Below are positions 19,837 to 30,388 of a DNA stretch of 64,000 nucleotides, piece after piece; positions within the stretch are counted from its first letter, which is position 1, and each line of letters starts with the position of its first letter. Position numbers and translations under genes: made by a program. The notes under the pieces were generated by a model. That model was not told where the DNA came from and did not search any database. It saw only the letters and a list, made by a program, of their open reading frames with translations. The DNA comes from Candidatus Kapaibacterium sp. (lineage in GTDB: Bacteria; Bacteroidota; Ignavibacteria; Palsa-1295), in NCBI GenBank assembly GCA_035632315.1, contig DASQGZ010000010.1, forward strand, positions 45,524 to 109,523, written 5' to 3'.

Positions 19837-20856
19837 ATGAATAGACTTATCATTGCATTAACTATAATTTTTGTACTTACTGGTGGGAAAAATGGATTCT
19901 CTCAATGGGAGGGGGGAAATGCATTAGAATATAAGATCCCGAAGTTAACCTCAATACCACCAATTTCCACTGGCCAACCATTGGATGTTGTGCTTGCTTA
20001 TAACTGGTTCGATCAGGCAATGAGAACGTACCAAAGTTGGACGATTGATAGTTTTTTTAATGCAATGCAGTATAGCGATACCGCAAAATATATTGCCGAT
20101 GCAACATACCGTATTTGCGATGATAATCCGATCACATATCACCTTTGGCTGATGGGTGGCGGAGGCATCCCTTTTGCATATTGGCCACGAACAGATCCAT
20201 CGCATGCCAATTTGACATTCGGAAGGCGGTTATGGACTATTGCTCATGATACTGCTCGTACTGCCTATTTACTCAGCTCCGAAATTATTTCGGATATAAA
20301 AGTAATTGATACATTTTCGATAAGTAATTCAGCTTCGCATGGATCCTATGCACGACAGATTGTCCGCGTTACTGGTCATATCCTTGATGAGATAAAAGGG
20401 AGATATATTCCATCTTGTGCAATAGATACATTCTACGCGGTTCATGGGAAGACTTCGCCACAATCAGTCTATCCGCCATCTTTAACATCGCCAGTTAGGG
20501 CAGATACAGGAGCGTGTATTCAATTCGAATATTCTTTGGGGTGGGATAGAATGCCAAATAATGACGTTGGCGTTTCCTGGCCATTAGTAGATTCTACGGG
20601 GACATGGGTAAAGCCCGATTCAGAATATATCGTATTTCTTGGTCTCGTACAAATAAATTCCGATAGCAACTATTCTTATTTTACTGTGCAGCCACTTTGG
20701 GGGGGGTTTGGCTCTACTGCAGGTATGTATCCAGTTCGAGGAGGAATTGTAATTGATCCACATGACGATTTTGGAATTGGCGCACCCTCTGGACTCACGG
20801 TTGACGTTTGGAAAAGCCGTTTACGTGCTCGTATTTATAAACTTATTAATCCCTAA
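19837..20856 (+). CDS. secreted hypothetical protein (AT-rich island)
   Basis: Signal peptide MNRLIIALTIIFVLTG..; no recognisable domain. Local GC is lower than the housekeeping average. Confidence 0.45.
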   Translation: MNRLIIALTIIFVLTGGKNGFSQWEGGNALEYKIPKLTSIPPISTGQPLDVVLAYNWFDQAMRTYQSWTIDSFFNAMQYSDTAKYIADATYRICDDNPITYHLWLMGGGGIPFAYWPRTDPSHANLTFGRRLWTIAHDTARTAYLLSSEIISDIKVIDTFSISNSASHGSYARQIVRVTGHILDEIKGRYIPSCAIDTFYAVHGKTSPQSVYPPSLTSPVRADTGACIQFEYSLGWDRMPNNDVGVSWPLVDSTGTWVKPDSEYIVFLGLVQINSDSNYSYFTVQPLWGGFGSTAGMYPVRGGIVIDPHDDFGIGAPSGLTVDVWKSRLRARIYKLINP

Positions 20857-20882
20857 GTCAAATTTAACCTGGAGAAAATTCT

Positions 20883-22487
20883 ATGAAGCAGTTATATGTG
20901 GCTTCCATCCTCGCGATTATTTTTTTGTCTGCTCGGAGCACCCTAGCGCAATGTAATATACCTTGTTGCGATGAAGAATTTCCTTATGTTTTTTGTACAC
21001 CTAATGGTCAGACTGAGGCATGTTCAAAAGATCCGAATCACGACCCTACATTTCCTAATCCGCCGAATTTTCCTGCAAAGGCGACATATCTCCCAAGTAG
21101 TGTATGTGTTTATGAGGCAAGCGGCAATGTAACATGGTTGCCAACTACACAACCACCTACGCCGCCAACTGATCCAGGCGGACCAGGAGCAGCCCATGAC
21201 CAATGGGTTAAGGATATAGCAGCATGGAATAGCGGGCAGAATATTCCTAATGAGCCTACTAATACTTGTGGCCCTGATCCTTGTGGAACCGAACCTCAAT
21301 GTGCGGCAGATGACCCTTGTGGAACTGAGCCGACAAAATATGAGAGTGATGGGGTTACGATTACTCAAGCATGGCAGAATTGGGATGATTGTGAAACTGG
21401 TGCAGATGGCACAACTACTCATGCTGATTGGGTTCAATGTTTGAGTGACCATACTATATGGGTAAATTGTGAAGCTGGCAGTGGTTCGGATGGACCGGCA
21501 CATGATACCTGGGTTAAGTGCAATAGCGACTTCGCCTTAGCTGATGCACAATGGCATTCCGATAATGCAGCTTTTACAGCGGCACAAACTGGTTATACCC
21601 AAGTTTGGGACCAAACACAAGCTCAAAGTGATGCCAATGCTGCGTTACAAAACTGGCTTGCGCTTTGTGGTCTCTCTGGGTCGACTCATTCTGATTGCTG
21701 TCTGCAAGTAATGGAAATATTAGATCCGAATAATTTTACTAATCTTCATGCAAATCCTCAAACTACTCTTGCGGCGACGGTTGGTGGAGCAGGTGGCTTG
21801 CAAGCTGGTTTCCCCGGTTGTAATGAAACATCTTGTCCGGATAGGTGGATAGAAGTAAATAATTGTCCTCAATTTTTGTATCAATCGAGTAATCCAAATG
21901 CAACTGGTGACCCAGGGTATACATTTCATTCCGTACCGAAGTTGACTTTTTTTACTGGAACCACTCCGCCAAGCGGAACTGCAAATGGCTATGGCGCCTG
22001 TAGCTTTTACCAGCTAATGGAACATGAGATCGGGCATTACTTAGGTATGCACCATCCTGAAGAATTAGGATGTAATAACAATGCAAATAGAGGTTGTCCA
22101 CAAGTCATGTCTCAAAGTCAAAATATTCCTAACGGTATTCCGAAGAATTTGACTAGTGATGATCAGTGCCAATTCAAAAAACTTTATTGTGATCCTTGCA
22201 GCTCAAAAGTCTTGGGTGATGATAGGCAAAGTGTTCAACCGCAGATATATCCGAACCCATCAACTGGAGTAACAAATCTCCAATATGAAGTTAATGATTT
22301 TACTTTTGTAAAAATATCGTTATGCGACATTCTTGGAAAGGAAATTATAGTGGTTTTCTCTGGACTACAGAGTGAGGGCTACTATCAACTTTCACTTCCA
22401 ACACAATATCTGCCTTCCGGCAATTATATCTGTCGGATTCTTACAGAAAAAAATCAGTATAATTTGAAGTTTACTTTAACTAAATAA
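20883..22487 (+). CDS. secreted metzincin-like zinc metalloprotease with Cys-rich N-terminal region and T9SS C-terminal sorting domain
   Basis: Signal peptide. 'YQLMEHEIGHYLGMHHPEE' contains HExxHxxGxxH. C-terminal 'IYPNPSTGVTNLQYEV...YICRILTEKNQYNLKFTLTK' is a T9SS CTD. Many Cys in the first 250 aa. Confidence 0.6.
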   Translation: MKQLYVASILAIIFLSARSTLAQCNIPCCDEEFPYVFCTPNGQTEACSKDPNHDPTFPNPPNFPAKATYLPSSVCVYEASGNVTWLPTTQPPTPPTDPGGPGAAHDQWVKDIAAWNSGQNIPNEPTNTCGPDPCGTEPQCAADDPCGTEPTKYESDGVTITQAWQNWDDCETGADGTTTHADWVQCLSDHTIWVNCEAGSGSDGPAHDTWVKCNSDFALADAQWHSDNAAFTAAQTGYTQVWDQTQAQSDANAALQNWLALCGLSGSTHSDCCLQVMEILDPNNFTNLHANPQTTLAATVGGAGGLQAGFPGCNETSCPDRWIEVNNCPQFLYQSSNPNATGDPGYTFHSVPKLTFFTGTTPPSGTANGYGACSFYQLMEHEIGHYLGMHHPEELGCNNNANRGCPQVMSQSQNIPNGIPKNLTSDDQCQFKKLYCDPCSSKVLGDDRQSVQPQIYPNPSTGVTNLQYEVNDFTFVKISLCDILGKEIIVVFSGLQSEGYYQLSLPTQYLPSGNYICRILTEKNQYNLKFTLTK

Positions 22488-22818
22488 TTAAAGTTAAATC
22501 AAGCAACGAGTGCATCACCCGGGGTTTATATTATTCAAAATTAAAAATGTAAAATAGTGAGAACTGCCAACGAAGCTCTTGTAGTCGCTACCTTTTACAT
22601 TAAAAGCGAAAGTCCTAAAGTTGACTCGTTCTTTATATATGTCACGGGAGGCATCTACACGTGAAAAAGAATTAACTCAATTGTAATATTTTTACAAGAA
22701 TTATTACTTGATTGAATTTGTCCTACTGTCACTTCATCGGTATTCATTCTCTATGATGAGAATGAATGTGGTTGACCGGTGAAGCTGATTCATCAAGCAC
22801 ATTTGATCTGGAGGATTT

Positions 22819-24435
22819 ATGAGAAAGGTACCTTCCCCGACTGCGATCACGTTAGATCAGTACAACGGTCCGTGGGGCGCGGCGCAGGCAGCACACTTGC
22901 TCCGGCGGACGATGTTCGGAGCAACGCCGGCAGATATTACTGCTTTGCAAGCAATGACAATGTCGCAGGCAGTCGATTCGATGTTGACGCTCGATGCGGC
23001 TCCGACCAATCTACCACTAATCTGGTATCACGGAGATTCCAACGGTACGAATGATGGGCAGACCTGGGTCGGGCTTGTATATAATTCTATGACCGACTTC
23101 AACCGGACAGAATCGCTCGGCGGATGGTGGATCAGTTTGATGCTCTTTCAAAATCGTACGATCCGCGAGAAGATGACACTGTTTTGGCATAATCATTTTT
23201 CATGCGGCGCGACGACTGTTGGCGATGCACGATATATGTACAAGCAGAATACACTGCTCAGAGCAAATTGTCTCGGAAATTTTAAGTCGCTTGTCAAATC
23301 TATTACGCTCGATCCGGCGATGCTCGTGTACTTAAGCGGCAATCAAAATATTGCATCAGCACCGAACGAGAATTATGGTCGCGAATTGCAGGAGCTATTT
23401 ACGATTGGGAAGGGCACCGAAGTTTCCGCCGGAGATTACACGACATATACCGAGGCCGATGTAAAGGCAGCAGCGCGTGTTCTCACAGGTTGGGCAGACG
23501 ATGCTACAAGCGTCAGCGCCTTCTTTACCTCAGCGAAACACGATGCCTCTAATAAGCAATTTTCGGGTCGTTACAATAATACGGTCATAACGGGCGCGTC
23601 AGATCAAACGGGGGCTACCCGAGAGCTTGACGATCTGTTGACGATGATATTTAGCGAACAAGCAACAGCTGAGTATATCTGCCGCAAGATATTCCGATGG
23701 TTCGTTGATTATGTCATTGATGACTCGATCGAACAAAACGTGATCGTCCCTCTTGCGCAAACCCTTATCTCGAATAATTTTGAGATCAAGCCGGTGATGT
23801 CACAGCTTTTGAAAAGCTCATTATTTTATGATCCGGCATATACCGGATGCGTCATCAAGCCGCCGACGGATCTTATCATCGGGTCGATGCGCCTCTTGAA
23901 CGTCACGCTTCCTGATACTGCATATATCACGAACCAATATTACGGTTGGATCGGACTCAGAGACGACGGTGAGAATATGCAGCAAAAAATACTTGAACCG
24001 CCGAATGTTGCCGGTTGGCCTGAGTATTACGAAGCGCCGTCATATCACGAGCTGTGGATTAACTCCGGAACGCTCAATACACGGCTGAAATTTCTGACCG
24101 CTATTGCAACGAACACGCACCAAAACCCAGTCCATAATGAATTGTTGACGAGTGCAGACCTTATCACACTCGCAAAAACATCATCCGATCCGTCGAATCC
24201 GCTCATGCTTATTTCCGATCTTGCGGCATTGTTCTTCCCGAATCCGTTGACGAGCGACCAAATGACTACACTGCACGACCAGCTGCTTCCTGGGTTGCCG
24301 GATTACGAATGGACGAACGAATGGTCAGCATTCACTGCTGCACCAACCGATGCAACAAAAAAGGCAGCCGTGGTTAATAAACTGACGATACTGATCAATT
24401 ATATGGTTCAGCTTCCCGAATATCAATTAATGTAA
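22819..24435 (+). CDS. DUF1800-family protein
   Basis: The N-terminus 'AHLLRRTMFGATPADITAL' matches the DUF1800 signature. 538 aa. Precedes a DUF1501 gene, as is typical for this pair. Confidence 0.7.
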   Translation: MRKVPSPTAITLDQYNGPWGAAQAAHLLRRTMFGATPADITALQAMTMSQAVDSMLTLDAAPTNLPLIWYHGDSNGTNDGQTWVGLVYNSMTDFNRTESLGGWWISLMLFQNRTIREKMTLFWHNHFSCGATTVGDARYMYKQNTLLRANCLGNFKSLVKSITLDPAMLVYLSGNQNIASAPNENYGRELQELFTIGKGTEVSAGDYTTYTEADVKAAARVLTGWADDATSVSAFFTSAKHDASNKQFSGRYNNTVITGASDQTGATRELDDLLTMIFSEQATAEYICRKIFRWFVDYVIDDSIEQNVIVPLAQTLISNNFEIKPVMSQLLKSSLFYDPAYTGCVIKPPTDLIIGSMRLLNVTLPDTAYITNQYYGWIGLRDDGENMQQKILEPPNVAGWPEYYEAPSYHELWINSGTLNTRLKFLTAIATNTHQNPVHNELLTSADLITLAKTSSDPSNPLMLISDLAALFFPNPLTSDQMTTLHDQLLPGLPDYEWTNEWSAFTAAPTDATKKAAVVNKLTILINYMVQLPEYQLM

Positions 24436-24446
24436 GGAGTACTAAA

Positions 24447-26015
24447 ATGAAACGTAGAGATTTCCTTAAAGTCGCAGCGCCCGCAACGGTACTACCGTTT
24501 CTCGTCGGCGGATTTTCACTAAAAGCATTCGCGAACAATCCGTTTTTGCATTCTCTGGTTCAAGGCGGAGGATCGAACGATCGTGTCTTTGTCCTGATAC
24601 AACTGATCGGCGGCAACGACGGTTTGCAGACGGTCATCCCGCTGGACCAGTATTCCCAGATCATGGCGGCACGCTCGAATATTGCGATCAAAGAAACGGA
24701 TGTGCTGAAAATTACCGACACGCTCGGATTGCATCCGAATATGAGCGGTATGCAGACACTGTACGAGCAAAACAAAATTGCGATCGTGCAGAATGTCGGT
24801 TATCCTCAGCCGAATTTTTCGCATTTTCGCTCGATCGATATTTGGTTGACCGGTGCAGATTACAACGAAGTATTGCAGACAGGATGGCTTGGGCGCTATC
24901 TCGATCAGGAATATCCCGGCTTCCCGACCGGATATCCGAATGCTTCAATGCCTGATCCGATCGCGATTCAGATCGGTTCTGCAGTAACACTCGGGCTTGA
25001 GGGCCAGAACGGAAATATGGGGATGGCGTTTACCGATCCGACGGCATTCAGTAATATTATTAATGGGACAACGTCGCCTGTACCGAATACTCGCGCTGGG
25101 CATGAACTTGGATATTTGCGTTCGGTCGCAACCCAGCTGCAATTGTTTTCAACCCCGGTAAAAAATGCCGCATCAAAGGGCAAGACGCTTTCAACCCAAT
25201 GGCCGACTGCGGGAAATAACTCACTTGCCGACCAGCTTCGCATTGTTGCACAGCTTATTGCCGGCGGACTGAAGACAAAAATTTATGTCGTCAATCTTGG
25301 CGGCTTCGATTCGCATACCGATCAGCGGAAAGGACAAGATCCGTTGCTGCAAAAATTATCCGATGGAGTCTCTGCATTTCAGGACGAATTAAAATTAAAT
25401 GCGCTCGAAGATCGTGTCATCGGAATGACGTTCTCGGAATTTGGCAGGCGCATCAAATCGAATGACAGCGGTGGGACCGATCACGGGGCGGCGGCACCGC
25501 TATTTGTTTTTGGTACAAAAGTTGTTGCCGGTATTCACGGAAGTAACCCGGTACTTCCGGCAAATGCGACCGTCGATGATAATCTTACAATGGAATTTGA
25601 TTTCCGTTCTGTATATGCTTCCGTGTTGAAAGAGTGGTTCGTATCAAGTGACTCGGAGGTAACGAATACACTACTGAAGCAATATTCTACACTGCCGATT
25701 ATCCAACAACAATCCGGTGTCGCACAGAACGGACAAGATGCAACGGTTGATCTGCTTCAAAACTACCCGAATCCATCGGGCGGCTCAGGATTGCCAACAG
25801 CGACGAACATCACATTCCGCACGTTGGGCGGTTATGCGACGCTCCGAGTTTTCGACGTCAAAGGAGAAATGATCGGGACGATTATTGATGGACCGGTCAC
25901 CTCCGGCGAACAAACCGTCAGTTTTGATACCGGTCATTTGCCGAGCGGTACATATTTTTACCGACTCGATTCCGGCGGGACAACCCTGACGAAAGAAATG
26001 GTGGTCGTACGATAG
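24447..26015 (+). CDS. DUF1501-family (sulfatase/alkaline-phosphatase-like) protein with Tat signal and T9SS C-terminal sorting domain
   Basis: 'MKRRDFLKVAAPATVLPFL' is a twin-arginine signal. DUF1501-like core (..SHFRS.DIW.TG..; ..GGFDSH..; ..FSEFGRR..TDHG..). C-terminal 85 aa 'YPNPSGGSGLPTATNITFRTLGGYATLRVFDVKGE...TKEMVVVR' is a T9SS CTD. Confidence 0.7.
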   Translation: MKRRDFLKVAAPATVLPFLVGGFSLKAFANNPFLHSLVQGGGSNDRVFVLIQLIGGNDGLQTVIPLDQYSQIMAARSNIAIKETDVLKITDTLGLHPNMSGMQTLYEQNKIAIVQNVGYPQPNFSHFRSIDIWLTGADYNEVLQTGWLGRYLDQEYPGFPTGYPNASMPDPIAIQIGSAVTLGLEGQNGNMGMAFTDPTAFSNIINGTTSPVPNTRAGHELGYLRSVATQLQLFSTPVKNAASKGKTLSTQWPTAGNNSLADQLRIVAQLIAGGLKTKIYVVNLGGFDSHTDQRKGQDPLLQKLSDGVSAFQDELKLNALEDRVIGMTFSEFGRRIKSNDSGGTDHGAAAPLFVFGTKVVAGIHGSNPVLPANATVDDNLTMEFDFRSVYASVLKEWFVSSDSEVTNTLLKQYSTLPIIQQQSGVAQNGQDATVDLLQNYPNPSGGSGLPTATNITFRTLGGYATLRVFDVKGEMIGTIIDGPVTSGEQTVSFDTGHLPSGTYFYRLDSGGTTLTKEMVVVR

Positions 26016-26083
26016 GGAGTATCGTTATTACGCGCTGTTATACACTGATCGCGGTTGAAATCTTTTTCTTACTTGTCGGCTGT

Positions 26084-27289
26084 GTGACAAATGTTTTTGC
26101 ACAAGGCAAGTGGGCATCAGATTCAACGAATGGCTTTACGGTTCGTGCCGGACTAACTGCATGTACGTTCAGTAATAAAATATATGTTTTTGGCGGATAC
26201 GACAATGCTACCTACCTCAACACGCTCGAAATATTTGACCCTTCGGCTCACGAGTGGAGTACGCCAAAAACAACCGGCACGTTTACGGCGCGACGCGGGC
26301 TTTGCTCCGCAATTGTAAATGGAAAGATATATCTGATTGGCGGATATGACGGGAAGAACTGGTTGAACACACTCGAAGTGTTCGATCCTGTGACAAACGA
26401 ATGGAGTACACCTGTCACACAGGGGACATTAGCGCCACGCGAAAAATTCTGCTGTGCTGTTGTGAATGATAAAATTTATGTCTTTGACGGATACGATGGT
26501 ATCAATCATCTAAATAGTGTGCAGGTATTTGATCCTGCAATTAATACCTGGAGCACTCCTTCGGTAACGGGTACATCAGTACCGCGGCGGGGAGTTTGTG
26601 CTGTAATTTTTGACGGAAAGATCTATGTAATGGGCGGGTTCAACGGTAATGAATATCTCAATATTGTTGAAATATTTGACCCAGCAACAAACGAGTGGAC
26701 AACTCCGGCGGCGACAGGCACCTTCACGGCGCGCGGTGCACTTTGTGCAGGAGCGATCAATAACGTATTATATACGATCGGAGGAGTTCATTATGTTTCA
26801 CCGAACTATATTCCGCTCAGTACCCTCGAGGCGCTCGATCCTCTTGCAGATCGTTGGACTTCACCTGCTACTATGGGCGCACTAACGCCACGATATGAAC
26901 TCACCGCCGCTGTATTGAATGGAAGCATCTACGTTTTTGGCGGGAGAACACTGAATAATTTTTTAAACACGGTCGAAGTATTCACACCGTCTTCCGATAA
27001 TGTCGTTTCAAATACTTATTCATTAGATATGGTCTTTTTCCCGAATCCGTCGGGTGGTGTGGGAGTGTCTCGGGCAACCAACATCACCGTTCGATCAAGC
27101 GGCGGATATGCCACACTCTGTCTGTACGATATAAAAGGTAATTTCATTTACACGCTTATGGATGGACCGGTATCAGCGGGCGAACAAACGATTACGATCA
27201 ATACTAGCAATATATCGCCCGGGACATATTTTTGCAAATTTGAGACGAATGGAACTTCGCTCACGAAAGAGATGATCGTGGTGAGATAA
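26084..27289 (+). CDS. Kelch-repeat beta-propeller protein with T9SS C-terminal sorting domain
   Basis: Six 'KIYVFGGYDG..L...EVFDP..N.WST' Kelch-type repeats. The CTD 'FPNPSGGVGVSRATNITVRSSGGYATLCLYDIKGN...TKEMIVVR' is about 60% identical to the CTD of the preceding gene. The first canonical start is GTG, and a hydrophobic signal-like segment is encoded in-frame upstream without an ATG/GTG/TTG. Confidence 0.6.
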   Translation: MTNVFAQGKWASDSTNGFTVRAGLTACTFSNKIYVFGGYDNATYLNTLEIFDPSAHEWSTPKTTGTFTARRGLCSAIVNGKIYLIGGYDGKNWLNTLEVFDPVTNEWSTPVTQGTLAPREKFCCAVVNDKIYVFDGYDGINHLNSVQVFDPAINTWSTPSVTGTSVPRRGVCAVIFDGKIYVMGGFNGNEYLNIVEIFDPATNEWTTPAATGTFTARGALCAGAINNVLYTIGGVHYVSPNYIPLSTLEALDPLADRWTSPATMGALTPRYELTAAVLNGSIYVFGGRTLNNFLNTVEVFTPSSDNVVSNTYSLDMVFFPNPSGGVGVSRATNITVRSSGGYATLCLYDIKGNFIYTLMDGPVSAGEQTITINTSNISPGTYFCKFETNGTSLTKEMIVVR

Positions 27290-27424
27290 AGACCACCTCC
27301 TGTTATTTTATTGCTGAATGATTCCTTCCATGACTTGTTCTTGTTTAATAATCAAGCTGAGGAAGGGATCGCCGTTATTCTTTCTTAATAAGCAGACCAA
27401 CGTAGAACTTCACTGACTCATTAC

Positions 27425-29083
27425 GTGCGCTTCTTCGGAAACGACCCGGAAATTCCCGCATCACATTCATCCATATCCTGGCGCGATACACTTCGTTTCC
27501 TTATTGGTGTTGTCGCGCCGATCTCGTTCGTGATCCTCCTACCGGAGTTGGTCGCTCCGTTCAACGATGACAACCATCTTTTCCAATCGATGGGCTGGCT
27601 GCATCACGCATACGGACGGCTGCCATATCTCGGACTATGGGATCAAAATTTTCCGGGTATCGTCCAATTACATTCACTCGTTATTTCTATCTTCGGAGTT
27701 TCGCCGTTTGGATTCCGGCTTGTTGATTTTCTTGCTCAATTCGCGACGTGCATTTTGATGGCTGTCATTTTGCACCGACGATATGGAAAGTTCGTGGCCC
27801 TTGCTGCGCCCTCGCTGTTTGCTCTTGATTATATGATCGGTTCGTATTGGCTCTCCGGTCAGCGTGACGGTTTTGGTAGTTTGGCAGTACTTGCGGCAAC
27901 AGCGATCTATCTGTCGCTTCGTTCCTCGCCTCTGAAAGAGAGAAAAATATTAAGCTATATCGGAATGTTTGCTGCCGGTACGTTTATGGCGATCGCGTTC
28001 GATTTGCGCCCGACGCAAATATTTTTGGCAATAGCACTTGCTGTCGCAGTCATTATTTATGATAAGAAATATCGTTGGGAGTGGCTTCTATGCTATACGC
28101 TCGGCGGACTTACTGTTATCGGGAGTATTGTTATTCAGTATGCTGCACAGCCCGGTGTTCTGGGCGAGTTCTGGCAAGATGCGATCCGGTTTAATACAGA
28201 AGTATTCACCCTGCCTCAATATACTTTTCCGTGGTATCGTATGCTGTTCTTTCGTCCACGCGAGATCGTTTATAATCTTGTTGTTATTTTATGGTGCGTC
28301 CAATATGTTCGTTCGAAACGTGTCCCGGTGTTTCACGGATTCGGAAATAGGCTGAAGAACGCTCCGGTAGAGTCAACGCTTTTTTTGATGTATTACATTG
28401 CCTCAAAAGCGGGCGTGATCATGATGGGTAAGTTCTTCATCGGGCATTACCACCCTCAACTTATTCTCAATGCTATCCTTGCAGCGCTCGTTTTGAATTA
28501 TGTGATCCAATTATTCAATAAATACCGTGTGGTGAAATATATTCCGGCGTTGATACTGGCAGTATTGACTGTTCGGATTTATGCCCTGAGTCAGATACCG
28601 CCGATAACAAAAAATATTATCAACAGCCGCGAATTTCGGCTTGATAAAATTAGGGTCCGCAACCCATACGATGTGAACGATTGGGAAGAAGAGTACGGGA
28701 AAACATCCGATTATTTGCTTCGTCATGATGCTCGCGGCAACCGATTAGAAGTTTGGGGATGGTGCCCGGGGCTCTACTGGCGTACCGGGTGTAATTCGAG
28801 CAGCCGCTTCCCGTTTATGCTTCCTCTTATCATGACCGGTAAGCACGGTGAATATACCGATTTCCAGCGTAAATGGCAGAGAGAGTTCATGGATTCGCTT
28901 ACGCTCGCTCCCCCAAAGTTCGTGGTGATCGCCGTCGATAGTTTCGGTATCAACCAGTTTTACTACCACACATCATATCAATTAGTCGATTCCGTCCCGG
29001 GGTTTCGCAGACTTCTCGACACAGGATATACGCTTGATACGTCAATGAGCCAGTGGTATATCTACAAGAATAAAGCTTTCTGA
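27425..29083 (+). CDS. polytopic membrane protein, putative GT-C-fold glycosyltransferase (ArnT/PMT-like)
   Basis: 552 aa with about 10 predicted TM helices in the first ~380 aa, periplasmic loops carrying D/E/R, and a C-terminal soluble domain. The family call is tentative. Confidence 0.45.
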   Translation: MRFFGNDPEIPASHSSISWRDTLRFLIGVVAPISFVILLPELVAPFNDDNHLFQSMGWLHHAYGRLPYLGLWDQNFPGIVQLHSLVISIFGVSPFGFRLVDFLAQFATCILMAVILHRRYGKFVALAAPSLFALDYMIGSYWLSGQRDGFGSLAVLAATAIYLSLRSSPLKERKILSYIGMFAAGTFMAIAFDLRPTQIFLAIALAVAVIIYDKKYRWEWLLCYTLGGLTVIGSIVIQYAAQPGVLGEFWQDAIRFNTEVFTLPQYTFPWYRMLFFRPREIVYNLVVILWCVQYVRSKRVPVFHGFGNRLKNAPVESTLFLMYYIASKAGVIMMGKFFIGHYHPQLILNAILAALVLNYVIQLFNKYRVVKYIPALILAVLTVRIYALSQIPPITKNIINSREFRLDKIRVRNPYDVNDWEEEYGKTSDYLLRHDARGNRLEVWGWCPGLYWRTGCNSSSRFPFMLPLIMTGKHGEYTDFQRKWQREFMDSLTLAPPKFVVIAVDSFGINQFYYHTSYQLVDSVPGFRRLLDTGYTLDTSMSQWYIYKNKAF

Positions 29084-29227
29084 CCCTGATTCGGTATTCT
29101 GATCCTGATTCGATAATCGTAGTTTTTTCGAACTTTTCGGGATAAAATCCGTTTACATTCAGCTCTGAAAACGTGGGAGGCAAGCCCGGCAAGGCAAGCC
29201 GCCAACTACCACTAAACAAATACTACA

Positions 29228-29653
29228 ATGGCTAAAAAAATAACGGGTTATATCAAACTCCAGATCCCTGGTGGCAAGGCGACGCCTGCTCCGCCGGTCG
29301 GTCCCGCCTTAGGTCAAAAAGGTGTGAATATTATGGAGTTCTGCAAGCAATTCAATGCGAAAACGGCGAAGGCTGATGGAATGATCACGCCGGTCGTCAT
29401 TACTGTGTATTCCGATAAGAGCTTCACCTTCATCACCAAGACGCCACCGGCAGCGGTGTTGCTTCTGAAAGCGGCGAAGCTCGAGAAGGGTTCGAAAGAA
29501 TCCAACCGCACGAAGGTCGGCAAAGTATCTTCGAAGCAAGTGAAAGAAATTGCTGAACTGAAAATGGCCGATCTCAATGCCGCTTCTGTCGAAAGCGCAA
29601 TGAGTATGGTTGCCGGAACCGCCCGCTCGATGGGCTTACTCGTGGAGGGATAA
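29228..29653 (+). CDS. rplK: 50S ribosomal protein L11
   Basis: '[44 protein letters not shown]' is near-universal L11 sequence. Confidence 0.97.
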   Translation: MAKKITGYIKLQIPGGKATPAPPVGPALGQKGVNIMEFCKQFNAKTAKADGMITPVVITVYSDKSFTFITKTPPAAVLLLKAAKLEKGSKESNRTKVGKVSSKQVKEIAELKMADLNAASVESAMSMVAGTARSMGLLVEG

Positions 29654-29658
29654 GCAAA

Positions 29659-30360
29659 ATGGCACAACACGGTAAACGGTACAACAATCTTGCGAAAAAG
29701 GTCGAAGGCACGAAAGCAATGCCGATTGGCGACGCAGTAAAGAAAGTGAAAGAACTCGCAACCGCAAAGTTTGACGAGTCGATTGACATTGCGATCAATC
29801 TCGGAGTCGATCCGCGCAAAGCCGATCAGGCGATTCGCGGAACGGTTGCACTGCCGCACGGAATCGGTAAGAAAGTCCACGTGACGGTCATTACAAAGAA
29901 TCAGGAAGCCGCTGCGAAAGAAGCAGGCGCCGATGAGGTCGGTTTCGAGACCATCCTGGAAAAAATTAAAGGTGGTTGGACGGGGACAGATGTGATCGTT
30001 GCAACACCTGAGGTCATGGGCGAGCTCGGAAAGCTCGGTCGTGTACTCGGCCCCCGCGGCTTGATGCCAAACCCAAAAGCGGGTACGGTCACGCAGGATG
30101 TCGGCACTGCAGTCAAAGAAGTCAAAGCGGGTAAGATCGAATTCCGCGTTGATAAGCAGGGCAATGTACACTCGACCGTTGGCAAAGCATCGTTCGAAGC
30201 GAACAAACTTGCGGATAACATCAATATGTTCATCGCGACGATTCTTCGCGCAAAGCCATCATCGGCGAAAGGCCACTACATCAAAGGTGTAGCGATCTCC
30301 AGCACGATGGGGCCGAGTGTGAAGATAGATACGACCGAAGCCCAGAAAGCTCACGCGTAA
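29659..30360 (+). CDS. rplA: 50S ribosomal protein L1
   Basis: 'MAQHGKRY..', '[22 protein letters not shown]' and 'GKAHY..' are canonical L1 blocks. Confidence 0.97.
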   Translation: MAQHGKRYNNLAKKVEGTKAMPIGDAVKKVKELATAKFDESIDIAINLGVDPRKADQAIRGTVALPHGIGKKVHVTVITKNQEAAAKEAGADEVGFETILEKIKGGWTGTDVIVATPEVMGELGKLGRVLGPRGLMPNPKAGTVTQDVGTAVKEVKAGKIEFRVDKQGNVHSTVGKASFEANKLADNINMFIATILRAKPSSAKGHYIKGVAISSTMGPSVKIDTTEAQKAHA

Positions 30361-30388
30361 TGTAATTGCTTCTTAGAAATTACGAACG

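Noticed and set aside
22488-22818. Possible riboswitch or structured leader upstream of the DUF1800 gene (hairpins ATGTAAAATAG..CTTTTACAT and TTCATTCTC..GAGAATGAA)
   Set aside because: Could not match any known riboswitch consensus by eye. Short AT-rich hairpins are common in this spacer, so it was left unannotated.
29314-30171. 285-aa minus-strand ORF overlapping rplK and rplA
   Set aside because: Antisense shadow of two universally conserved ribosomal protein genes.
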